DNA of 26,980 nt from NCBI GenBank assembly GCA_031364845.1, contig JANLWX010000121.1, positions 1 to 26,980 of the forward strand, written 5' to 3'. Each line of letters starts with the position of its first letter. Position 1 is the stretch's first letter. This document shows, in pieces, positions 1 to 7,125 of the stretch. Source of the stretch: Candidatus Eiseniibacteriota bacterium (lineage in GTDB: Bacteria; Eisenbacteria; RBG-16-71-46). The notes under the pieces are model-generated. The model saw only the letters and a program-made list of their open reading frames with translations. It was not told the DNA's origin and did not search any database. Both the position numbers and the translations under genes were made by a program.

Positions 1-3
1 TTG

Positions 4-1363
4 GGCTCTTCCGAGAATGGTGTGGCTGGAATCATGATGCCGCGCCGAGGCTCGCGGGGTAGAGGTCGAGTCCGCCGCAGTGGAAGTAGATCGCGGTGCG
101 GAAGCGCTCGCGGCTGCGGAACCCGCACGCACGCCGCTTCGCCGACTGGATCTTCGCGTTGATCGCCTCGGCTCCGGCATTGGTGATCCGATGGATGAAG
201 TAGGTGCGGATGTTCGCCCAGTGACGCTTGATCATCGCGGCGACCTTGCGCATCGGCTCGAGTCGACTGCGTCGCGCCCAGCGATACCAGACCGCGAAGT
301 TCCGATCGGCGGCGCCCGGGTAATGCAGATCCCACAGCGCCATGGCCGACTCGCGCAGCCCCCATGCCCGGCCGACGCGGGTGACGATCTCGCACAGCAG
401 ATTGAAGGCGCGCGCCGCCGTGCGGTCGCGACCCTGCGGGTTCTCGAGCCACCGATACTTGGTCCCTTTGAGGATCGGGTCGCCTTCGGCCATGCGCGCA
501 CGGTGTTCCTGGCGCCGCACGAGGTCGACGGCATTACCGAGGTGTTGGGCGACGTGGAACTTGTCGAACACGATCTTGGTCTCCGCCCCGGGCAGATGTT
601 CGCGGGTCGACTGGATGTACGGCTCCCACATGTCCATCGCCACCGCCTCGATTCGCTCGCGCTGCTTGGGCGCCAGCAGCGTCCAGAAACCATCGAGCGC
701 TGGGCGACCGCGATCGTCGGCGACGTGTACCACCGTGCCACGTTCCAGGTCGCTCACCACCGTGACGTACTCATGGCGCTTCTGAAAGCTCGTCTCGTCC
801 ACGCCTGCGTGGCGCGGTGCTTCCGTTTGACGCCGCGCCAGTCCGCGCGTCACGGCGCGCTGCATGATGCCGTCAGCTTGCGCCCAACTGATCCGCAGCT
901 GCTTCGCCACCGCCTTCACGCTCGCGCACCGCAGCCAATCGATCGTCAGCGCCTCGAACATCGCCGTGAATCGCGAACCCGTCTCCGCCCACGGCACCGA
1001 CAGTTGTTTGACCCCGTGCGTCGGGCACTTCAACCGCGGCACGCGCGCGTGCACGATGGTCGGGAACTGACACGTGTCGAGATGCCGCCAGCGGCGCTCC
1101 TGGTGGTCGTGGATCGGCGCCGCGGTGCCGCACTCCGGGCACACCCACAACGTGCCTTCGGGCAGCGCCACGCGGATGTGCACTTCGCCGGGCGGCTGCT
1201 TCACTTCTACGTCCGTGATCTCCCACGGCGCCTTCAAGCCCAGCAGTGTCGCGTACAGGGTCCGGCTGTCGATCGTCATCGCGCGTCCTCGGGGAAAGGG
1301 TCCGCGCTCAGCCTATCAGGACTTCAGGCCGCCGTTCTCAGCCACACCAAAGTCGGAAGGGCC
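4..1363 (-). mobile_element. Complete ISL3-family insertion sequence (1360 bp)
   Basis: Terminal inverted repeats: GGCTCTTCCGAGAATGGTGTGGCTG (4-28) versus the reverse complement of 1339-1363, GGCCCTTCCGACTTTGGTGTGGCTG (21/25 match; ISL3-type GGCTCT start). They enclose one transposase. The right flank is TTATATTG (1364-1371) and the three visible left-flank bases are TTG, consistent with an 8-bp AT-rich target duplication. Confidence 0.93.
32..1279 (-). CDS. ISL3 family transposase (415 aa)
   Basis: N-terminal zinc finger (CPECG...RRWRHLD...CPTHG), HTH region, DDE-type motifs GVDETSF, AMDMW, FDKFH, TNAGAEAINAKIQ and C-terminal RACGFRS. Confidence 0.96.
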   Translation of the reverse strand: MTIDSRTLYATLLGLKAPWEITDVEVKQPPGEVHIRVALPEGTLWVCPECGTAAPIHDHQERRWRHLDTCQFPTIVHARVPRLKCPTHGVKQLSVPWAETGSRFTAMFEALTIDWLRCASVKAVAKQLRISWAQADGIMQRAVTRGLARRQTEAPRHAGVDETSFQKRHEYVTVVSDLERGTVVHVADDRGRPALDGFWTLLAPKQRERIEAVAMDMWEPYIQSTREHLPGAETKIVFDKFHVAQHLGNAVDLVRRQEHRARMAEGDPILKGTKYRWLENPQGRDRTAARAFNLLCEIVTRVGRAWGLRESAMALWDLHYPGAADRNFAVWYRWARRSRLEPMRKVAAMIKRHWANIRTYFIHRITNAGAEAINAKIQSAKRRACGFRSRERFRTAIYFHCGGLDLYPASLGAAS

Positions 1364-1841
1364 TTATATTGAACTGAAGCTTTGGCGCGCCACCCCACAC
1401 GAAGATACCGCCACCCACTTGTGCACGACATCGTTCAATGATGTTTCCTCTAATGACGCACCTGGAGTTTTGCACATACATTCCCCCCGCGTTACCAACG
1501 TCCTGCATGTCTGGTGGCTGACGAATCGTGAATCCTTCGATGGATGTTTGGTCCCCCACGCCGTCAAGAGTCACGGCAGTTCCCGGGAATTGGCCGGGAT
1601 TTGGTTCGATGAACGTAACGTTCGGACCGGAGGTGCTTACCAGACGCACACCATTGCTCAGAGCGTTGAACGCAACTGCCCCCCTGTGCACTCCCGGCGC
1701 GACCTCGATGACATCCCCGAAGGTTGAAGCTAGCATGGCACGCTGAATCGTCGGATATTGCTCGGGCACCAACCTGGTGGTGGCCAAAGCCATATCTGCG
1801 AGATAAGCGATCACGACCAGGGAGAACACGATTTGGAGCAT
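1364..1841 (-). pseudogene. 5' part of a secreted right-handed parallel beta-helix (pectin lyase-fold) protein, interrupted by ISL3
   Basis: ATG at 1841 after AGGA. Signal peptide MLQIVFSLVVIAYLADMALA, then VPEQYPTIQRAM..GDVIEVAPG, IEGFTI, GGMY...IRGNIIERCRAQVGGGI. The frame enters the IS end at 1363 (…LQFNI|RPFRLWCG*). The remainder should lie beyond the window's left edge. Confidence 0.82.
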
Positions 1842-1894
1842 GGTGCGTTCCTGTCTGAAGGCGAGCTGACAATCTTTACTCCAGAAGTATTCGT

Positions 1895-3067
1895 CTATTC
1901 TGAGCCCGCATGCGCTTCCCGCGCAACTGTTGATCTCCTCATCGACTCGCGTCGTCTGTCTTGGATGAACTTTATTCCAAAGGTCTGCTCCGCCTCGTAC
2001 TGATTGTGAGCGCGGCAACGTAACCGCATGCGCTCCGCGGTGGCCTTGCCACCGCGTGCTACGGGATCGATGTGATCGAACTCGAGAAAGTGCCGCTCCG
2101 GACAGCGCTGGCCGGATTCGCTCACGAACGTGCACTGACACCCGTCGCGTTCGCGCACGGCGCGCCTTACGTGCGCCGGGATAGTCCGCGGATTCGCGCT
2201 TGCGCGGATCTGCCGAGGCTTGTCGGTCGCCGCGAACTGCGCCTTCTCCAAGTTCGCGATGAGCGCGTCGAGTGCGCGCTCCAGTACCTGAGGTACATCG
2301 CCTGAAGGAAGCGCGTGCGACAGCAACGCCTGCGCATGGCGCAGCTTGTCGTGCATCTCCTGGCTCATCGTAAGATGGAGCGCGTAGCGACGCGGCGCGA
2401 GGGGTTCGACCTTCGCCGGCCTCGAGGGTGCATCAACTGTCCGCGCGGACAGTTCAACTTCGGTCCGTCCCTCTTCGGTCCGAAGGACCGAAGAACTCTG
2501 TGTTACCGGGCGCACAATGCCAGCGGCCAGCTCGGCGTTCGAGTTGCCAACTTTCCGCGGGGCCAGTTGCGCATCACCGACTGCGTGCACACTCGCATTA
2601 TCAGCAGGCTGCGCTGCCGAGGTACTCGCGCGCGGCAGCGCCCGCACCCTCGTCGCGACATCCTCCTGCGGGTATCGCTCAGCCAGCAGCTTCTTGATCT
2701 CCCGACAACTCTTGTGGGTCACCGCTGCCAGCAGCTCGTCCACATTCCGACGCGTCATGTAGGCCTTCAACAGGATTAGCCCGCTCAGATGCACTCGATT
2801 CTCCGCGAGCGCGTCATAGATCGCGGGAAACCTGCGCGCCATGCGCCCGACACGAATGCGCTTGTACGCTGCCGGCTCGGAAAAGTGCAGGATGTCCACG
2901 CAGTACGAGAACATCGAAGAGTGCGCTGCCGCGCGAAATAGCTTGCGGGCGTCGACCTCGCCAATGTAGAGGACGAGCTTCGCGGTGTGCGTGCAGCCTC
3001 CAGCGACGATCGTCGCGAGGCCCTGCTCCACAACCTGATCGGTGAGATGGGAAAGTTCGCGTTTCAT
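1895..3067 (-). CDS. HNH endonuclease with DUF222-like N-terminal region (about 390 aa)
   Basis: GGAGG RBS before ATG 3067. N-terminal motif EVDARKLF...SSMFSYCVDILHFSEPAAYKRIRVGRMARRFP. C-terminal R.IPAHVRRAVRERDGCQCTF...RC...LEFDHIDPVARGG...LRCRAHN (HNH with Zn ligands). Low-complexity linker between the two. Confidence 0.9.
   Translation of the reverse strand: MKRELSHLTDQVVEQGLATIVAGGCTHTAKLVLYIGEVDARKLFRAAAHSSMFSYCVDILHFSEPAAYKRIRVGRMARRFPAIYDALAENRVHLSGLILLKAYMTRRNVDELLAAVTHKSCREIKKLLAERYPQEDVATRVRALPRASTSAAQPADNASVHAVGDAQLAPRKVGNSNAELAAGIVRPVTQSSSVLRTEEGRTEVELSARTVDAPSRPAKVEPLAPRRYALHLTMSQEMHDKLRHAQALLSHALPSGDVPQVLERALDALIANLEKAQFAATDKPRQIRASANPRTIPAHVRRAVRERDGCQCTFVSESGQRCPERHFLEFDHIDPVARGGKATAERMRLRCRAHNQYEAEQTFGIKFIQDRRRESMRRSTVAREAHAGSE
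2435..2454. repeat. Perfect 20-bp palindrome AACTGTCCGCGCGGACAGTT (REP-like family copy inside the HNH gene)
   Basis: Read directly. Same AACTGTCC/GGACAGTT arms as 9778-9797 and 9849-9868. A 2-mismatch copy lies at 2549-2568. Confidence 0.8.
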
Positions 3068-3351
3068 GATCCCTCCGCGCATGACGACGATGCATCCGAT
3101 CGCGGGGGCGATGAACACGCGTTGATTCTATCCCATGCATTTTTGGCGCACGGAGATGCGCGGAGTTCGCATCATGGGGCGCACCGAGAAAAGTTTTCGC
3201 GGACGAGAGGATTGCGCATGCCATCGAGCGCCGTAGGCGCGATGCGGTGCGATCCGACAAGCATTCCGGATTTTCGAAGATTGCGCTTCAGAACCCGTCA
3301 AGAAGAAAAGACGGTCCGAACCGGGTACATGGGTAGCACCCGCGGTGCATA

Positions 3352-3427
3352 GTCGAGTAGCCCCGGCGGTTTCGACAACCGGGGCCCTCGCCAGATCCGG
3401 ACTAGGAGATTGCCACCATCCGGCTCT
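3352..3427 (-). ncRNA. Group II intron catalytic domains V and VI
   Basis: AGC triad, CCGGA/UCCGG stem, GCAA tetraloop. DVI stem GCCCCGG/CCGGGGC followed by the branch A and a 3' AC. Confidence 0.9.
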
Positions 3428-4760
3428 TCCGTTGGTGCGGCTCGCGGCGATCGCCCCATACCGATACGGTGATGAGGGGTGCAGGAAGCGGAAGGCGCCG
3501 AAGCAGCGCGCTGAACCGTTCCCAGTTGAGACGACGTTTCTGGCTACGACGACGAAGCCACAGGTACCAGATGCGTTCAGTGGCCTGCACCAGATTCTTC
3601 AGGCTCTGTCCGTTGCCATTCACTCCGAAGTAGTTGAAGTGCCCTCGGAGCCGTCTCGTGAGCGCGGCGTGCTGATCCTTGACCGGTAGGTGCCGGTGGC
3701 GCCGGCAGTACTCGGCGACGGACTGTATCGCCCGTCTGAGTCGCGCACGCCGGGTCTTACACCACATCTGCCATCGGCCACTGAGCGTTCGCCGCCAGTA
3801 GAGCGTGAAGCCCAGAAAGTCGAAGCTGGCCGGACCTCGGCCCCCGGTCCCCGTCGGTCTTATGAAGGGCACCAGACGCGTCTTGTCCGCGTGGAGAGTC
3901 AGTCCGTAACGTCCCATCCGCTGAGGCAGCACCGCCATCACCCGTTCCGCATCGTCCTTGCGCTCGAAGCCGATGACGAAGTCATCCGCATACCGCACGA
4001 GGGTTGCTTTCCCCCGTAGTCGCGGTCGGACCTCGCGTTCGAACCACAGGTCGAGTACGTAGTGGAGATAGACGTTGCCGAGCAGCGGTGAGATCACCGA
4101 CCCCTGCGTCGTGCCCTGATCCGGCTCGGAGTACTCCGCTCCGTCGAGCACGCCTACATGCAAGCACTTGCCGACCAGTCGCAACAGCGACCCGTCGGCG
4201 ATTCGTTCGCGGAGCATCTCCATCAGATGGGTGCGGTCCACGCTGTCGAAGAAGGAGACGATGTCCGCCTCCAGTACCCAGCTCACTTCACCCCGGAACA
4301 CGACTCGGTTCATCGCACGAAGTGCGTCATGGGCGCCGCGCTCGGGTCGAAAGCCATACGAACAGTCCAGAAACTCCTGTTCGTAGATCGCTTCCAGTAC
4401 TTCCCGCACCGCGTCCTGAACGATCTTGTCTTCGATCGTCGAGATCCCAATCGGCCGCGTCTTGCCCTGCTCCTTGGGGATGTTCACACGTCGGATCGGT
4501 TGATGCCGCCATCGCTGGGACTTCAACCGTGCGTGCAGATCTTGCAGCCGAGGCCGCAGGTCCTGCCCGTATTGTTCCTTCGTGATCCCATCCACACCTA
4601 CCGCCGCACCCTTGCGGAGACGATGGTAGGCCCGTTCGAGACTCGGCACATCGATGAGATGCGCCAGTGAGTGGAACTTCCCCGCGCGTTCGTTTCGCGC
4701 TCGTTCCGCTACCTTCCGAAGTTGCGGTGACATGCGTTCCGATGTCGAAGCATCGGGCAT
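3402..4760 (-). CDS. ltrA: Group II intron reverse transcriptase/maturase (452 aa), no endonuclease domain
   Basis: GVDG (RT0), IPK..G.TRPIGI, SYGFRP, ADIVSFFD, GTTQGSVISPLLGNVYLHYVLDLWF, RYADDF, FDFLGF and domain X (LRGHFNYFG). No C-terminal HNH. GGAGG RBS. Confidence 0.97.
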   Translation of the reverse strand: MPDASTSERMSPQLRKVAERARNERAGKFHSLAHLIDVPSLERAYHRLRKGAAVGVDGITKEQYGQDLRPRLQDLHARLKSQRWRHQPIRRVNIPKEQGKTRPIGISTIEDKIVQDAVREVLEAIYEQEFLDCSYGFRPERGAHDALRAMNRVVFRGEVSWVLEADIVSFFDSVDRTHLMEMLRERIADGSLLRLVGKCLHVGVLDGAEYSEPDQGTTQGSVISPLLGNVYLHYVLDLWFEREVRPRLRGKATLVRYADDFVIGFERKDDAERVMAVLPQRMGRYGLTLHADKTRLVPFIRPTGTGGRGPASFDFLGFTLYWRRTLSGRWQMWCKTRRARLRRAIQSVAEYCRRHRHLPVKDQHAALTRRLRGHFNYFGVNGNGQSLKNLVQATERIWYLWLRRRSQKRRLNWERFSALLRRLPLPAPLITVSVWGDRREPHQRKSRMVAIS

Positions 4761-5315
4761 GGTGCCCTCCGAGAGTTCGCATCAACACGGACCGCCTTTG
4801 CTCCGCCGGGTCCGGTTACCATCCCGTTCCCCGACTTCATCGCTCGTATGCGGTCCTCCGACTCCCTCGCCACCTTCGGTCGCGGCTTCGGTTGCCCCTT
4901 GCCCGCGCCCTACCACCATCTGCCGTGGAGTGGTGAGGGTCTCCCAAGTGCCTGGGACGTCCTCGTTGAGCGTGCCGTGATTCCTAACCCCGTCCGTTGC
5001 GCCGTCCACTCACCCGTTCCCACGTGCTCGGCGCTGCTGCCTTCGAGTGACAGTAAGCTCTCGGCTCCGGAGATGACCCGATTTCGGGGCTAACTCACGC
5101 GGCCCACTCACTCGCGTGCCTACGCATCGCCGCGTCCGTTACCGTCCGCGTCGCAAGGCTCGCTTCCGGCCCGCCGGGTTCAGCTTTGGCCGGTCGGTTT
5201 CGCACCCGCTGGACGCCTCACAGAATTTCAGGTCGCTACCGCTTCGCGTCCCTCCCTTCTGTCCAAGCTGGCTTGGTCGCACACTGTCCCCGAAGACAGT
5301 TGAAACGCGCGGATC

Positions 5316-6308
5316 TCACACCCCACACACCTCGCGCGCAAACCGCTCCACGATCTCTCCCGCCGGCTCGACCGCTCCGATCGTCGCCACGCTCTTGCCC
5401 GCCTGCCAGTAGTCGCTGCGTGATTCATCGAGCGACGTGCGCTTCAACATCAGCCCCGCGCGTAACGCGTACAAAGATCTCATCAGATAGCGCGTGCGCT
5501 TTCCGCGCAGCAACCATCGCGCGATCGCGCCGGAGCGTAGACCGATGCGCTGAACATAGGGCGTGTTCAATACCGACACGGGAATCCCGGTCAGCCGCTC
5601 GGTCAGCACGACGTCGCCTTCTCCGGCGCGTACGATCGCCTGCTTGTAAGCATCGCTCGCCCGGCATTCGGGCGTCGCGATGAAGCGTGTGCCGAGCTGC
5701 GCTCCGGCGTAGCCCATCGCGAGCGCATCCTTGAATTCGCGCGCATCGCCGATGCCTCCGGCGCACACGACCGGTAAGCCCAAAGGCGCCAGCTCATCCA
5801 ACAGCGCCCGCACTTCGCGCGGCCCGGCGTGCCCGCCAGCGCGACGGTTCACGGCGATCAGTCCATCGACGCCGGCATCCGCGCCTTTCTGTCCCCACTT
5901 CAGCTCGGTGACGTCGTGGTACACGACGCCGCCGAGCGGTTTCACACGATCCACGACCCACCGCGGGTTGCCCAATGAAGTCACAAAAAATCGAACGCCC
6001 TCTTCGAGGGCGATATCCACCCACTTCACCATGCGCTCGTGATAGCGCTTCGACGATTTCTCGATCAGCGCGTTCATACCGACCGGCTTGGAGGTCAGGC
6101 GGCGAATCAACTGCAGTCCGGCGCGAAACTCGTGTCCGTGAACGAAGGTCAGCGAGATCGGCTGAATGATCCCGAGGCCGCCGGCGTCGGACACGGCGGC
6201 GACCAGCTCGGGATTGCTGCACGGGTACATGGCGCCGCAGATGAGGGGAACTTCGATGCGCGCCTGGCGCGCGAGGGGCGTAGCGAGCGCCTCACACGGC
6301 GCGATCAC
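5316..6308 (-). CDS. Nitronate monooxygenase / NAD(P)H-dependent flavin oxidoreductase family protein
   Basis: [56 protein letters not shown]. Likely GTG start at 6308 overlapping the upstream stop (GTGA). Confidence 0.92.
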   Translation of the reverse strand: MIAPCEALATPLARQARIEVPLICGAMYPCSNPELVAAVSDAGGLGIIQPISLTFVHGHEFRAGLQLIRRLTSKPVGMNALIEKSSKRYHERMVKWVDIALEEGVRFFVTSLGNPRWVVDRVKPLGGVVYHDVTELKWGQKGADAGVDGLIAVNRRAGGHAGPREVRALLDELAPLGLPVVCAGGIGDAREFKDALAMGYAGAQLGTRFIATPECRASDAYKQAIVRAGEGDVVLTERLTGIPVSVLNTPYVQRIGLRSGAIARWLLRGKRTRYLMRSLYALRAGLMLKRTSLDESRSDYWQAGKSVATIGAVEPAGEIVERFAREVCGV

Positions 6309-6817
6309 GCGCGGCCCAGCCGCCACTTCACCGTCACGCGGGCGACAACGTCGCCCGCAGCGTCACGAATGTCGGCGTACACGTGATGATCGACGCTTGC
6401 CAACACCTCCGGCACATCGCAGCGACTCTCGGCGACGAGTTTCCCGCGCGCCTTCTTCATGTACACGATGTCGATGCCGGTCACGATGCCGCGCACGCCC
6501 GATGGCAGCGCGCACATCATCGCGAGGCCGCTCGCCAGCTCGCCGACGTTCGCGAGCGCGATCGCGTGCACGGACTTGAGGTGGTTCCGCACGCCGCGCC
6601 AGTCGTTCATGACGATGCGAGCGTGGCCGGGTTCGAGCTCGAGCACGCGGGCGCCGGTGGTTCCGCTGTAGGGGACGACGAAGAACAGCACGCGAGAGAA
6701 GATCCACGAGCCGCCGGGGAGCGGGCTGAGGCGCCGCCACCACGCGAGCAACGGCGTAACGCCGCCGCTGCGGGTTCTCGCAGCGGTGGCAGGTTGGGTC
6801 GTGGTCTCAACGGTCAT
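6305..6817 (-). CDS. Hotdog-fold thioesterase-like protein (DUF4442/PaaI-like)
   Basis: [46 protein letters not shown]. Confidence 0.88.
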   Translation of the reverse strand: MTVETTTQPATAARTRSGGVTPLLAWWRRLSPLPGGSWIFSRVLFFVVPYSGTTGARVLELEPGHARIVMNDWRGVRNHLKSVHAIALANVGELASGLAMMCALPSGVRGIVTGIDIVYMKKARGKLVAESRCDVPEVLASVDHHVYADIRDAAGDVVARVTVKWRLGRA

Positions 6818-7125
6818 TGAACTCGCTCCTCACTTCGTCTAGTCGGGCGGCCTCATGCGGAATTGAGATCCGCGGGCCCGCGGGCACTCGGCCCCGCGGC
6901 TTCGCCGCGCGGATGACACGCATCGTAACATCGCGCCGGTCGGCACATCCCGCCCGCCGGGCCGTTCGTCCCACCAAAGGCGACACTCGTGACGCATCGA
7001 TTGCGGTTGGCATCACTCCGCCGCCAAGGTATCGGCAGATTGATTCAAACCCTTTCCCCCCTCGCGCGTTCCCATGATCTGTCCGTGACCGGGGCTTCTA
7101 TCCTTAAAAACATTGGAGTTCACTC

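Larger units (their letters stand above)
3352..5282 (-). mobile_element. Complete group II intron (1931 nt), probably bacterial class E
   Basis: 5' end GUGCGAC at 5282. Domain V GAGCCGGAUGGUGGCAAUCUCCUAGUCCGGAUCU (about 3426-3393). Domain VI GCCCCGG..CCGGGGCUACUCGAC with bulged A and terminal AC at 3352. RT ORF inside. EBS1 ACUGUC (5054-5049) pairs 6/6 with the 5' exon end GACAGU (5288-5283). Confidence 0.93.

Noticed and set aside
80..1372. 430-aa plus-strand ORF antisense to the transposase
   Set aside because: Shadow ORF typical of high-GC coding DNA; no motifs.
1842..2141. Upstream extension of the beta-helix ORF to 2141
   Set aside because: Overlaps the HNH gene; the signal peptide and RBS point to ATG 1841.
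1895..3067. HNH protein as IscB/Cas9-like RNA-guided nuclease
   Set aside because: No PLMP motif, no split RuvC motifs and no CRISPR array; the architecture is DUF222-like + HNH.
3402..4760. RT as retron, DGR or defence RT
   Set aside because: RT0, domain X, DV/DVI, GUGCG 5' end and EBS1-IBS1 pairing identify a group II intron; no TR/VR pair seen.
5083..5090. Intron CCCCGAA as EBS2 pairing with exon UUCGGGG
   Set aside because: It lies in the AGCCCCGAAA motif that is commonly conserved in domain I, so the match may be coincidental; cannot be supported without folding.
6818..7125. Small ORFs, promoters or riboswitch in the divergent intergenic region
   Set aside because: Only short GC-rich hairpins and weak hexamers; nothing assignable.
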